Shown: positions 1-14,843 of the stretch, one piece after another | Layout: the number at the start of each line of letters is the position of its first letter | How positions within the stretch are numbered: position 1 is the stretch's first letter | Source: Bilabrum cf. latius | Lineage: Eukaryota | Assembly: GCA_965178125.1 (NCBI GenBank) | Contig: OZ237741.1 | Coordinates: forward strand, 62,001 to 126,000 | Direction: 5' to 3' | DNA length: 64,000 nucleotides | The notes under the pieces: generated by a model | What the model saw: the letters and a program-made list of their open reading frames with translations, nothing else | Told to the model about the DNA's origin: nothing | Databases searched by the model: none | Position numbers and translations under genes: made by a program

Positions 1-1078
1 TTGGCCTCCGCCAGAAGCCCGCAGCGGACAGCGGCAGCCGCACCCGCGAGCCGAGCCGCCTGCTGCTGCCCCGGAGTGAGCCTGCCCTGCAGCTTGCTGG
101 AAGCCAGCAGCCGCGCCTGCCGCACCCCAGCCGCAGCCGCCCTAGAGGGCAGGACCGCCCCGAAGTGCGCGGCCCTGGCCCTGGCCAAAGAGGCCAGCCC
201 AGGGAGGGAGGCGTCCACGGGCCTCGAGGCCTCGACCTTCTTGAGCATGTCCCGGGCGGCCTCGGCGTATCTGGCCCGGGCCAGCAGCACCCCACGCAGC
301 AGCCTGGGGAGGGCCAGGCTGCCCTCCACAGTCTTGGGGGCGCTGCCCTTGGCGGCGAGGACAGAGGCGCGGAGGGTGGCGGCCGAGTGGGCCAGGCGGG
401 CCGCAGCCCGGGGGTCGCGGTCGGCCACGGCGCATGCGCCCGCGTAGGCCGCGTCCCAGTGCTTGGACTGCTCCTCGTCTGCCACCGCCGGAAGGGAGGC
501 GGTGTCGGCGCCCTTGCCGGCGCACACGAGGGATGCGGACGCGTTGATCTCAATGAGCCTTTCCTGCTCTTCGGAACCTTTCACGATGGCCGCGTATCGA
601 TCGGCAGCTTCCCTGAACTGCCCGGAGCGGTACAGCGACTGGGCCACGAGGCGGCTCGGGGCTCCGGTCGGTGACTGGTCCTCCGCAGCACCGGCAGCTT
701 CGATGGCCTCGTCGGACTTACCCAGCTTGTACAACGAGTAGCCTCGCTCAAACTGCAGCGGGACGCCCGCCTTCTCGGCTGCCTGGCAGGCCGAGACAGC
801 CTCCTGGAATTTCCCCAGCCCAATCAGAACATCAACCTTCGTCGTATGCACGTCCGCATCGGCCGCGTACTTTGCAGTAGCAAGGACTACGAGATAAGCT
901 CAAGAGAAGCACGGAATACTATAAAACAGTTGGCCCCGATTGCCCTGCATTGCCCAGCAACACCGGCGCCCACGCTCGGGTCCATCTTACGCTAGTTACA
1001 CACAGCGACCGCCCCATCATCATCATTGTCATCAAGACATTGCACCAATTGCTTCAGATCTTCTTCTACTTCAGCCAT
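1..1078 (-). CDS. SRP72: Signal recognition particle subunit SRP72 (TPR), 5' portion; runs off the window start
   Basis: ATG at 1078; exon 1 MAEVEEDLKQLVQCLDDNDDDGAVAVCN[TAG]; GTAAG...TAG intron 887-990; then FERGYSLYKLG, LVAQSLYRSG, WDAAYAGACAV, resembling the SRP72 TPR region. Confidence 0.75.
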
Positions 1079-1204
1079 GCTCTCAGCAGCGCAGAAACCA
1101 GTGCATCAATCGACGAGTGTGAATTTATTCATGAAGTAACGTGCTATTTATCATGTTGCCGCGAAGCGGGACGTGAAGCACCCTAGCACCTGTATAATAA
1201 TAAA
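1079..1204. promoter_or_regulatory. Putative bidirectional promoter (SRP72/CS)
   Basis: 126 bp between divergent ATGs; AT-rich tataataataaa next to the CS start. Confidence 0.5.
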
Positions 1205-3150
1205 ATGTTGGCCCGCTTTGCCCGCAGTGCGACCAAGGTGAGTTAAGTTATCGCGTGGTTGTGTTGATTGTCGTCTGTGTTGCCCCGGACTGCCCAGCCA
1301 GCAGGTGGTGCGAAGCGTACCACTGTGATCAATGCGGGCATTGCTGCACGACTGGCAGGTCGGAAGCCTTTAATGTACCCATGCTATGCACTACTACTAT
1401 AATGCTTATTGACTGGCGGGTATGCGCACTCAGTACATGCTGTTCACAGTTCATTTGCCGGGAGGCGTGGCCAGCACACGTCACGTTGTGCACTGGGTCC
1501 GACCTCCCCGCTGGCATGTCGCGTGCGCTGTAACACGCCCTATAGCCAGCCAAAAATGCCTCGTTCGTGTACGTTCAAGAATTTACCTTCGCAGACGATC
1601 CGCCCTATGGCCTCTATGGCCGGTTCCCGCAGGTTTATGTCTGCGCGATCCGTGAGATCCAGGCTGCAAGTGTTCTTGCGACCCACCGTCTCGCGTTATT
1701 GTCCCTACTGGTATTGTCACTGTTTACTACTAGATTGCTCCGCTGGCGCTGCCACGGCACTGGACTCCATGACGGCTCTCCCCAGCAAATTCGTTCGTGA
1801 CTGCCTGTGTTGACCCGCTTGCTCGCCACTTTCGTCTCGCAGGCCCTGACGGAGCGCCTGCACGAGCTGGTTCCCGTGAAGCAGACCGAGCTCAAGGAGA
1901 TGATGGCTGAGCACGGCGACAAGAGCCTGGGTGAGGTGACCGTGCAGCAGGCAGTGGGCGGCGCCCGCGGCATCAAGTGCATGCTGTGGGAGACCTCCCT
2001 CCTGGACGCCGACGAGGGCATCCGCTTCAGGGGACACTCCATCCCGGAGCTGCAGGAGAAGCTCCCCACCGCCGTGGAGGGCGGCGAGCCCCAGCCCGAG
2101 GGCCTCCTCTGGCTGCTGCTCACTGGCGAGCTGCCCACGAACGAGGACGTGGCCAACCTGACCGCGGAGCTGCACAGCCGGGCGGCGCTGACCGAGGAGG
2201 AGGAGAAGTTCATCACCTCGTTGCCCTCGGACATGCACCCCATGACTGCCCTGTCCACCTCGGTGCTGGCCCTGCAGCCCAAGTCCAAGTTCGCCAAGGC
2301 TTACGCTGACGGCGCCCACAAGAGCGAGTACTGGAAGCACACCCTCGAGGACGTGCTCGACCTGACCGCCAAGCTGCCCCGTGTGGCTTCGCTCATCTAC
2401 CGCACCAAGTACCACGACGGTCGCTGCGCCAAGCCCGACACCTCCCTGGACTACTCTGCCAACTTCTCCCGCATGCTCGGGTTCACGGACCCCAAGTTCG
2501 ACGAGCTCATGAGGCTCTACCTGACCATCCACTCGGACCATGAGGGCGGCAACGTGTCTGCGCACGCCACCCACCTCGTGGGCTCTGCGCTGTCGGACCC
2601 CTACCTGTCTTTCTCTGCAGGCATGAACGGTCTGGCGGGGCCCCTGCACGGGCTGGCCAACCAGGAGGTGCTGCAGTGGGTGCTCGAGCTGCAAGCCGAG
2701 TTCGACAGGAGGGGCATCGATGTAACCCATGAGACCATCAAGGAGTTCGCGTGGGAGACGCTCAAGGGAGGCAAGGTCATCCCCGGGTACGGGCATGCAG
2801 TGCTCCGCAAGACGGACCCCAGGTATTCGTCCCAGCGAGAGTTCGCGCTCAAGCACCTGGGCGAGGACCCGCTCTTCAAGATCGTGTCTACCATCTACGA
2901 GGTGGTGCCCGATGTGCTCCTCGAGCACGGCAAGGCCAAGAACCCCTGGCCGAATGTCGATGCTCACTCTGGCGTGCTGCTGACCCACTACGGCCTGGAC
3001 CAGCACAACTACTACACGGTGCTGTTCGGCGTGTCCAGGGCCATGGGCGTGCTGTCGCAGCTCTTCTGGGACCGCGCCCTCGGTATGCCCATCGAGAGGC
3101 CCAAGTCCATTACCAGCGAGTGGATCAAGGGACAGTTCGGCAGCAAGTGA
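1205..3150 (+). CDS. CS: Mitochondrial citrate synthase (3 exons)
   Basis: Exons 1205-1237 and 1595-1651 encode a transit peptide ([30 protein letters not shown]); exon 3 is 1843-3150; motifs [45 protein letters not shown] stop; no TAG used. Confidence 0.97.
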
Positions 3151-3421
3151 TAGCGCTTGATTGAATGAGTTATTGGATAGGGGCAGGGACGCAGACTTGA
3201 ACAGTATTGGCGAGACTCGATAACCGAAACCATGCGACTCTCATCCAATCTTTTTTCACGGAATATTAAATGTCCTTGGAGACATTGCTCAGTATCACGC
3301 TGCGATTTCGGGAGGGGTTGGATTGACCATCGCTGAGCACACGAGAATCGCTGCAACACATGGTCGCACATGGCAGAACGCGAATCGCACAAATAATAAT
3401 TCCATAGGCAGCTCAAATCAA

Positions 3422-4573
3422 TCACGAACTACCTGCACCTCCCGAGGCTGCTCCCCCGCTCTTCGGCTTGTCGGCAGCTGCTACCTTCTTCGCAAACGGA
3501 TCTGATGTCTTGGCCCTGTTGAGCACCTGCTGAAACCCCTTCAACCTGTGCCTCATTCTTACCTGCAAGTACGTCTTGGCGCTCTTCATGTGATACAGCA
3601 AGAAAGCGCGGAACTGGCTCAGGCGGCACACGGCCCGGTCCAGCTTGCTGTCGTCGTCGATGTGCGTCGGAAACAGGGTGACGCTCATGAAGCCAGTCCC
3701 CTCCGGAAGGTGCTCCACGGCCGTCCCCTCCAGCTCCTTGGGCACTCCAGTGCCTGGCTCCGTGAAGAGGTAGGCCGGAGACCCCGGGAGCTTGTCCACC
3801 ACGGCCACCAGCTCCTGCGCGATGACGCGCGCCATGGCCCGGTCCATGCGGTCCTCGAACCGAAGCTGGTAGATGACGGTGCAGCGACTTTTGCCCGGGA
3901 CGATCCAGAGCACCTCCCCTGTGGCGGGGCGATCCGCAATGCGCCTCGGCTTGCTTGCCTTGCCTTCCCTCAGCTCCAGCAGCGCCTGGCGGATGGGGGC
4001 ACCCATGATGACCTATCTCGCCTTTGCGAGCGATTTAGCCAAGACCGCTGGTTTCTCTGGCAGCACTGTAGGATCGCCACATGGGATGGCCAGTGTCACA
4101 TCGGCAGTCTCGTAATTGCGAGCCTGCACCAAATCCCCGTACGCTGCCTTGAGCGCGTCGTCCAGCCCGTATGGTCGCAGCTAGTCAATGCATGGAACGT
4201 GGATGCAGAAATAGAGGGTACCTAGATTCTCTGGGTTGACAAGTAGTCTATACTATACTGCGAACACGAAGACGGAGATGACAAGCGGGAGGCGTACGTT
4301 GAACGTGCTCGGCTGGGTCGCATCCGTGCACCCAAAGCCAACGCTGTTGAGAGTCTCACTTCCGTCAAAATCACCTGCCTTGATATCAAGTGGGCGCTCA
4401 ACTAGAGGTCCGCTCAGTCGTTCCAAGAAAGCTGATCGCAGGATCGGTGAGTACTCGTCCAGCTGAATCATGGGTGGCATTCTGATCTTTGACTTGCGGT
4501 CGACCATCGAGGAGGTGCTCATCCCGGTACCATCTAATTCCTCTGCTGCCTTAGCTCCACCGATTGCCGCCAT
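3422..4573 (-). CDS. ARPC2: Arp2/3 complex subunit 2 (p34-Arc)
   Basis: GDFDG, intron 4258-4359, FRAFLLYHMKSAKTYLQVRMR...VLNRAK; 3 in-frame TAG; TGA stop; start ATG at 4573 or 4522. Confidence 0.88.
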
Positions 4574-4680
4574 AGGAACCCAGGATGCAATCGTTACGAC
4601 GAGATCATAGAAATCCGAGTTAATCAAACCATCACCGTACAATTGCATCTTGAATAATTGGAAACCCAACTATTGGCAAA

Positions 4681-7619
4681 ATGCCGTCCAAAAAAGGTGC
4701 TGCATCCAGCGGGAAAGGAGAACAAGTGAAAGCGCGTAATCCAGCCGAGTTCTTCGCGGAAAACCAAAACATCGCTGGCTTTGACAATGTATGAGGATGC
4801 CCAGTTGCAGTTGCTTCGCTTTGACAACGTGCGCCATGGTCCCAATTGCCAATAACGCTGGACTCCATTCGGCATCAATCCGCAGCCTGGAAAATCACTG
4901 TACACCACAATTCGAGAACTTGTAGAGAATGCATTGGATGTAAGTACTTTGGTGCGGCATCAGCGATAGCGAGACGAATGTGAGCGAACTGCAAGCTAAG
5001 AAGAGCGCTCATGTAGAATCTTTCATGGCACCGCAGGCGGCAGAGTCAGTGGAGAGACTTCCTAGAATTATTGTAGAGATCGAAGAGTTTTCAAGCCACC
5101 GGTTTGCGGAATCGAGGCCCAGACTGGCTGCTGGAACATTTGTTGGTGCATTCGATTCGCCGATCGGGCTTGCCACAGCAGGTCGGAAGAGAGAGAGAAA
5201 CGGCAGCCTTGGAACCGAGCCCGGTGCAGCAGAGTCTGATACCGCCTCACTGTCCTCCCAAGGGCAGTCAAAGCGGCCCCGTTCCACTGCGACGCCGGCC
5301 GCTGGTGAGATTCCCCTCACTGCTCGCACCCCAACCGCCCTGCTGACCGTGCCCGCGGCTTCTCAGTCCTCCAATGGGTCGAGCAGTGGGAAGGGTGGCA
5401 AGACTTCTTCGTCTTCTTCCTCCTCCAGTGCCGCCAGATCCACCCCCTCAGGCTCGCACCTATACTCGGTGCGGTGTACGGACAACGGGTGCGGCATGCC
5501 CCACGACCGAGTGCCGGACATGCTGGGCCGCGTGTTGTCGGGGTCTAAGTACGGGGTCCGGTAGACCAGGGGCAAGTTCGGGCTGGGCGCCAAGATGGCG
5601 CTGATATGGGCCAAGAAGAGCACGGGGCTGCCCATCGAGGTCACAACGGCACATGCACCCACCCCTGCACTGGCGGCTGGGGCACCCCCAGCCCGACTAA
5701 CAGAGTGCCGCCTGGACATTGACGTGTTCCGCAACGAGCCTCGTATCCTGAGGCACGAGTCCAAGCCGAATCGGGGCGGGTTCCGAGGCACGTCTCTGCG
5801 CGTGGTGGTGGGCGGCAGCTGGGCCACCTACCGCTCCAGGGTCATGCAGTACATGCAGCAGCTGGCCGTGATCACGCCATACGCGGAGCTCGAGCTGAGG
5901 TTTGCTGCCCCGGAGGCGGCCCGCAGGTCGTTTCACTACCGCTGGCGGCGCCGCTCCGTGGCCATGCCGCCTCGCGCCCTGGAGATCAGACACCACCCCT
6001 GCAGCGTGGACAACCTCAAGGTCAGGCAGCTCATCGCTGCTGCCACCGACAGGCACAGGGCCAGCAGGGGCGAGCCTGCAGGTACCGCTGCGTCGAATGC
6101 GTCGGGGGCATCAGGGGCATCAGGGGCGGGGGGCAGCAGCCCCAAGCTGCGGGCCTTCCTGCGGGAGTGGTTCTGGGGGGTGAGTGCGGGCGCATCCAAG
6201 CAGCTGGCCGAAGGGCTCGTGAAGAAGTTTCCAGGATTGATGGGGGGCAAGGGGAAGGCCAAAGCTAAGGGACGGGCCAAGGGAAAGGCAGGAGGCGATG
6301 AAGCATCATCCGCCCGCGCCAAGGTGGCTGACTGCCCCGTGGGCTCTCTGGGCGGCGAGCACGTGCACTTCCTGACGCAGGCACTGCACCGCGTGGATGC
6401 ACCGGCGCCCGATGGGAGCTGTCTCAGCCCCGCGGGTGAGTACAACTTGAGGCTGGGCATCCTCAAGGAACTGGCTCCTGACCTGCTGGCCACATTCGCG
6501 GGCCCCGCCTCCGTGTGCGAGGGGCATCCCTTCGTGGTGGAGGCGGGTGTGGCGCTCGGTGGCCGCGCCGCGCAAGAAGGGGTGACGGTGCATCGGTTCG
6601 CGAACAGGATCCCGCTCTTGTTCGAGGGGGGCGCGGATGTGTGCACGCGCACTGCACTGCAGCGCATCCCGTGGGCCTAGTACAAGATCGATCCTCGCAA
6701 GGACAAGGTGGGCGTGTTCGTGTCAATCGTAAGCACGCGCATCCCATTCAAGGGCACAGGCAAGGAGTACGTAGGGGACGATGTGGTGCCCATCCGGAAG
6801 GCGGTCCGACAGGCGCTCATGGGATGCGCCGCTCAGCTCCGCGCGAAGCTGGCCCGTCGCAAGGCGCTCAAGGAGGCCCAGGACCGGGCCAGGGCGCTGA
6901 GGAGGTACGTGCCTGACGTGGCCAGAGCCGTGGCGGGTGCCCTGCAGCAGGCGCTGGCCCGGAGGGAGCAGGCCAGGGAACAAAACGGTGAGGGGGCCCA
7001 TGGGTCTGGAAGCAGCAGTGCGGCAGCAGTAGCTGGAAACGGCAAGGGCAAAGGCAAGGGCAAAGGCAGGGACAAGGGCATGGGGGAGGAGAAGGGCCTC
7101 GCAGCGGTGCTCAAGGGCAGACCGGGGGAGGCCACGGACCCGCTGGCAGCAGTGATCGGGTGCCCGCTGTCCTGGAGATCTGCGGGGGAGAGACGCGAGG
7201 CCGTATTGCGGGCTGCAGGGGCGGGGCAGGTGGATACGAGCCGGCTACAGGGCGAGCTGGAGGCGGCGGTGAAGCGGGCCGATCAGGAGGCTGCGCTGGA
7301 CGCGGCGCTGGACGGAGTGGAGCACGGGGCGTCGATGGTGCGGGCTCAGGCTGGGGGACAGGGCCGGGGTGGCAAGGGTAAAGGAGGTGGCAAGGGCAAA
7401 GAGAAGGGCAAGGGGCCCTCGTATACGCCTTTGCCTCTGGCTGTGGCGATGGGTTCCCCGCATTCTGCCAGCTCCTCCGGGGCGGGTGCTGGTGCCGCGC
7501 CGGAGGAGCGCAAGTTGTGGATCCCGGGGGCGGCTGAGCTGCTGCTAGGCGCGTAGGGTGGGGGGACCAGCGCGGGGGCAGGGCGTTTTGCGCTGCTTGG
7601 GACTGCCGTGGTGACGTGA
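4681..7619 (+). CDS. TOP6B: DNA topoisomerase VI subunit B (GHKL ATPase), plant/algal type
   Basis: Exons 4681-4788, 4886-4939, 5037-7619; [40 protein letters not shown], KYGVR[TAG]TRGKFGLGAKMAL, LSPAGEYNL, RFANRIPLLFEGG; TAG at 5562, 6678, 7554; TGA 7617-7619. Confidence 0.95.
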
Positions 7620-7775
7620 ACCTGGAACCGATGACGAGCGGACCCACCGATGGACTCTGTTTGTTCGGTTTGTGATCACCTCGCTGGCAGATTTATCTCA
7701 GGAGCAAAGACTACATATACAGTTCCCAGCTGGTTTAATTCTTGTACAGGGCGTGGTTGATTCGAAGCCAGCTGG

Positions 7776-9966
7776 ATGAGCAAGCGGCAAGAGGAATCTG
7801 GACAATCTGGACATGCCTATCGCTACGTAGCTGCAGCGGGTGTTGCAGCCGGAGCATGTGTCGGTCTCGCTCTGTACATCAGGATGTCCTTGGGTAGAAG
7901 GCCAAAAGTACTGAGGCGAGTTGCTGGACATTCAAGGGATCATGGCGCGCATTACACAAGCTCATCCATCCGCGGGCTGTTAGTGCAACCAAGCCCTGCC
8001 TGTCTGCAAAGCACTGGAGGCTTGTCCCTGCCAGGATACTTATAGTAGCTGCAGTTTGATGGCACAGATAGCAAAGCTGGAGCAGTTGAAGCACTCATGC
8101 ATGTGCTTGGGGGTCCTGCTTGGAAAGGTTTTGCGACGTACGTGATGCCGTGGATGCCACAGCAGGTGCAAACGGCGACAGGGCGCGTGTCATCGGCAGC
8201 CAGTACTCGATTTGATCTACTCCTTAGACACCTAGGCGTATCAACCGCACCGGACGAAAGCAGCAAGGAAGCTGAGCAGGAGGCAGAGATAGCCCGCGAA
8301 GCTCTCTCACCGGTGGACCTGCTGACGGCCGTCACCGCGGCAGCTATCCACGCGAGGCAAGCCAAGCTGCTGGGAAAAGGTCCACCAAGCCGACCGGGTG
8401 CATCTGATGGCGGATCACGGTGCGCTGGGGAGGAGGGCACGGCCAGCGCGAAGCTGCTGGCGGGTGGATCGGGGCTCCGCATGGAGGGCAGGCAGGGCAG
8501 CACCTAGCCTGGCAGGACAGCTCGCTTGGACACAGAAGGCGGGAGTGGTGATGGAAAGGAGGCCCATACCGATGCCAACGGTGCTTCTGATGATCGCACA
8601 CCACTGGCAGGGGTCAAGCGATCTGGATCATCTTCGCCACGGGCACCAGAGGAAGGGCCCGACGGCAGCGGCACAGGCAGCGGTGGGCATGTGGACGAGG
8701 TGCAGGCGGCTGTCCTGGACCTGCTCTCTTCCCCTTCCTCCTCCTCCAAAATGCACTCCTCTACATCACTTGGCCATGTACCCCGCTTTATGGAGGTTGT
8801 GGAGGCGGCTGCAGACAGGGCGGTGGAAGCCATGGGCCCGGCCGCAGACCGGCTCGACCCCCTGGGCCCCGATGACTGCCCGCCCGTGTCACCGCTGCTG
8901 CTGCCGGGCCTCAGGGCGGGTTTCGGGGGCGTTGCTCCCCAGAGAACACCGAGACAGGACGCTCGGTCCCAGGCCGCAGCTGTCATGCTGAACTTGCTCG
9001 CGGGCAACCTGCTGCTGCGAGCATGCCCGGCCCACGGTGTTGAAGGGGAATGCAAAGAGGCTGAGTAGGGTGATGCGACTGGGTAGAGTGGCTCGAGTGG
9101 CAGGGCAATGGGAAAGGACGGCCGGGACAGCTGTGTCCAGTGGCTGGAGGCTACCCCAGGCGCGGCAGTCAGCACGGTAGGTGAGTTGGTGCATTTGCTG
9201 CAAGCGGCGGGCTTTGGTGTGAGCGCCAGCATCGAGACAGGTCCAACTACCTTTGGGATGGGTCTGTGCGTTGATTCACTGCCGGATGACGCGGGGGAAG
9301 GGGACGAGGAGAGAGAAGAAGGCACAAGTGGATCCCCATCCCCATCCCCATCGTCCTCTACATCCTCCGCCAATCCGCCTGCTCTGCAGCCTGTCCCATT
9401 CGCCCTTGCAAGCTCCACTGGACTGGTGCACCCTCAGTCGGGGAAGGCCATCTCTGTCCTGGCCACGCACTCTGCCCTGTGTCTAAGGATATGGAGACCA
9501 GTGGGATCCGAACTCGAGGTGAGCTCATCCACGCGAGATCTCCCCAAAGTCCCCTCGCGCAGTGCCGACGAGGACCCCCCTTGGGTGGACCTGCAGTGCT
9601 ACCAGGGCGTGGAGGGCTTCTGGGGGTGGCACTCCAGCGGGGCACTGAGGCCGCCTTGGCTGGCGGCTCGTCGGCTGCACCCGGACGGGCAGCGTCTGCC
9701 GGCCAACATGGTGGCCAAAGCGGCGGAGGTGGCCTCGGTGGGAGCGGCTGCGGCTGCCGCCACTGCGGATGACAGAGGCATGCCGCTGGGCGGGTATGGT
9801 CTGCTTGGCACTTGCGCCACGTCGGCTGCGCTGGTGGAGGCGGTGCTGTTCCCCAAGGCGGGCCCAGTGGGAGGCGCCGTGTCGGTTCCTGGCGTGGTGG
9901 GTGCAGGCGAGGCCCAGCAGCGATTTGTGATGCAGTGCTTGCGCATGGCGGGAGAGGCAAAAATGA

Positions 9967-10005
<39 letters not shown>

Positions 10006-10349
10006 CCACCACTGGCACTAGCATCGGCACTAGCACTGGTACTGTTAGCGGAGAGGCTGGGACGGAGGGCGGGGCGATGGCAGGAGAGGGGGCTAGAGGG
10101 GGGGTGCTTGAGGGGCAAGCCCGCGTGCTGGAGGAACTGGCTGTGGCAATGAGGCGCCTGCCGTGCGATATAGTCGTCACACCAGGTACCACAACCGGCG
10201 CGGCGGCTCGCTACGGCTCGACAGCGCGTGCTTTGGCCGAGGGTGGCAAGGGCGCCTTTGCCGAGACTGGCCTAAGCCAGAGCGCTGACCAGCTGGGGGA
10301 GGCTGCCAGGATTTGGGAGAAACAGTTTGAGCCCGAGCATAGAGACTGA
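7776..10349 (+). CDS. Hypothetical protein, 857 aa, with N-terminal hydrophobic segment
   Basis: Four ORF-track fragments (7776, 8097, 8526, 9108) share one frame and are separated only by 5 TAGs; ends TGA. Confidence 0.75.
9969..10004 (+). repeat. (GCA)12 microsatellite encoding poly-Ala
   Basis: Direct read of the sequence. Confidence 0.9.
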
Positions 10350-10478
10350 TCTTCATGTTCATGGGCTGTACACTGGCAGTTGCACAAGCCAGCCAGCCAC
10401 CGGTGGACTGCGCGTTCGTCATCTCAGCGCTGCCAGTTTAATTGGGCGGCCTCCCTACACTGGTCCGCAGGAGAGGCC

Positions 10479-11333
10479 ATGCGTTGGTTTTTAGTCAGCA
10501 TGATGTATGTAGCGTGGCACAGCTCTGCAAGCAAGGCTGTACAGCCCTGGATGTGTCTGGAAAGGTGCGGTGGGAATGCTAGTTCAATCGAAGCTGCACT
10601 GAAAGGGATCACAAAACACAGTTCCACCAGCAGAGTGGTAGCTTTCGAAATGTTTAATCTTGGGAACGACTCCTAGCTTGTCGCGAACAACTTAACGGAT
10701 GTCTCTTCGGGTCTCGCCCGTGCAGGCATCCAGCCGTACGCAATGATTTCAAGCTACCCGTACCCGCCTTACTTTCTGGAGTCGATGCGCCAGGTTTTCA
10801 GAAACCCGTCTCCATTCATCCAGTAGTGCGTGAAGGCCGCCCAGTAGCACGGCCTCGCCGGCTTCAACATCGATTGGGAGCCATAGGGTAAGGAGGACAG
10901 GCCGACAGAGCAAGACGCCAAGGACTACGCGGCTTTCCTGCAGGTGTTTGCCGATGCCATGCATTCCCGCAAGCTTGGTGTGACAGTCGCCGTGGCGCAC
11001 TGGTCTCCGATTTGGAACCTGACGCTGGTTGGGGAGACAAGCGTGGATGCGGTGGGATACATGGGCACGTATGTTGCGGATCCAAAGGTGTGGGAGGAGC
11101 AGTTCCAGGTGGCCACGGGCAGTATACCTGCAGAGAAGCTGTGGATCGGCTTGGAGACCACTGAGCAGCCTGGTGGCGCGGCGTATCCTTTGGACGAGGT
11201 CGAGAGGAGGCTGGCTCGCTGCACCCAGGCAGGGGTATCGGGCGTCGGCTTGTGGAAGGCACCCGTGCCGGACGACTGGTGGCCCATTTTGGAGCGGTTT
11301 TCTGACGGAGGAGGGGAGTTCTGGGCACCTTGA
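10479..11333 (+). CDS. Secreted glycoside hydrolase family 18-like (chitinase-like) protein, 284 aa
   Basis: Signal-peptide-like MRWFLVSMMYVAWHSSAS; GLAGFNIDWEP motif; PAEKLWIGL and GVGLW; 4 in-frame TAG; TGA stop. Confidence 0.75.
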
Positions 11334-11430
11334 TCGTAGCTAGGTTCGGCAGTTTAAGTTTGTTGCGTGTACATTGAAACGAATGCGGCCGCTCTGCCAA
11401 ATTTTGCACACAAAACGGCCGTCTATCGCC

Positions 11431-13028
<1,598 letters not shown>

Positions 13029-13202
13029 TTGGTTTTGTTTTTTGAGACAATTTCGTCGCGATTCGCCTCAAGCAAGCTGCAAGCAGATGCGGAGGCCACC
13101 TTCACGGAATGCATCGCACTGCCACGCTGCGCCGGCCACTGGCACCGGCAATGTGCCGGCCCAGCTGTCCGGTGCCTATCCGACTGCGCCTGTATCCGCT
13201 GC

Positions 13203-14843
13203 ATGGCGGCTCAATCAAGCAGTTCCACTGATGTGGTTCGATAGGCGGCGCTACATGCCGTGAATGAAGAGTTTGCTGCTGCTCTAGATGTGCTCGGTGA
13301 AGCGCAAGGGCTGGATGAGGACCGAATCCGTGCATCAGTTCTGCTGCAAATGGATCGCGCAGATGAGGCCCTTGATGTGTGCAACCGAATAATAGAGCAG
13401 AGTTCCGACTCGCTGAAGGCGATTGATTTCATCAGGAGAGGGTAAGAACGACACTCCTGGGCCACGTGGAGAATCCGACCAGAATTCAATCTTTGTGTGA
13501 CCACTAGCTCTCAGTGCAACCGCACCTGTAGGTGAACTCGTGTAATTGTTTTGATCCCACGCAGGGCCGCTCTCTTTGCCCTCGATGAATTCGAAGAGGC
13601 CCGGACATCGATGCAGCGAGCAACCGCGAAAGGAGCTAAAGGACGCACAACGCGTATCGAAATGCAGGCCAAAGCCTGGATTGGGCGATGCGATGCAGAG
13701 TTAGAGTTGGAGGCTAACGATGGCGCTGAGCCCGAGCTCCTTGAACCAGAGGGTCGCCCAGAGCCGACCAAACAAGCCGCCGCCCCGGCGGCTCCAGTCG
13801 TCGTAGCTGCACCTGCACCTGCACCTGCACCTACACCTGCTCCGGTCCGTTCAGCCGTGAATCCCGTTGTCTAGCAGAGCGCTGCCCCGTCCACGGCTAC
13901 CTCGAGCGCCGCAGCCGCCTCGCTGCCCCCCGCCGCCGCTCCCGCGCCCCAGATCGAGTCCGAGCAGGACCCTGCCCCCGCCATGCCCGTGCCCTACGGA
14001 TACGTGGGCAAGCGGATCTTCGAGTGGGACGAGACGCCGACTCACGTGAACCTGACTGTGCTGGCCAAGCAGACAGACCCCTCCAAGAGCAGGGTGTAGG
14101 TGCAGGACGTGAGGGCCAGGGCGTGCGAGGACAGCGTGTCAGGCAAGCCGCTGAGCACGCTGCTGGGGGTCTGCTCGCAGCTGCAGGTGCACCTGTGGCG
14201 CCCGGAGGAAGAGGGGGGTCCTCTCAACATGGTGCTTCCACTGCGGGGGCGGGTGCAGGGAGGCAGCAGCGTGCGCGTGTCGCACCGTCGCATGGCGGTG
14301 GAGGTTGGGCTGGTCAAGGACACGCCTGGGCTGGATTGGGGGGAGCTGCAGCAGCCCAAGGAGGAGGAGGAGGAGGAGGATGAGATGGCCGGCGAGGGGA
14401 AAGGCGAGGACAGCAGTGCTGCGTCGGGGGCGGGGGCGGGGACGGGAGTGACAGAGGCGATGGGGGTCGATGGCGAGGACGACGACAGGGAGGGGGGGGC
14501 TGAGCGAGGGGGCGGGGAGGACGAGGAGGAGGATGACGAAGAGGGGGCAGGCGCGGGTGCCGGTGCCAAGCAGGCGAAGAAGAAGACGATCGCTCCCCGC
14601 ACGTATGACGAGTGGGAGGCGCTGGCCGAGGAGGCCGAGTAGGAGGAGAAGAGCGCCAAGCCCGAGGGAGATGAGGCGCTCATGCACCTCTTCAGGGACA
14701 TTTACGCGAGGTCGGATGAAGCAACCAGGCGCGCGATGAACAAGTCTTACCAACAGAGCAACGGGCTGTGCCTCAGCACCAACTGGAAGGACGTGGCTAA
14801 GAAAGACTTCGAGGACGAGAAAAAGAAGTACGGCAAGGGGTGA
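13203..14843 (+). CDS. SGT1: SGT1 co-chaperone (TPR-CS-SGS)
   Basis: Intron 13442-13564; CS-like [20 protein letters not shown] domain [14 protein letters not shown]...[20 protein letters not shown] lies after an in-frame TAG at 14640; TGA 14841-14843. Confidence 0.88.

Noticed and set aside
1717-3006. Long antisense and alternate-frame ORFs (also 53166-55145, 55137-56315, 61456-62583)
   Set aside because: Shadows of GC-rich coding strands with no recognisable motifs
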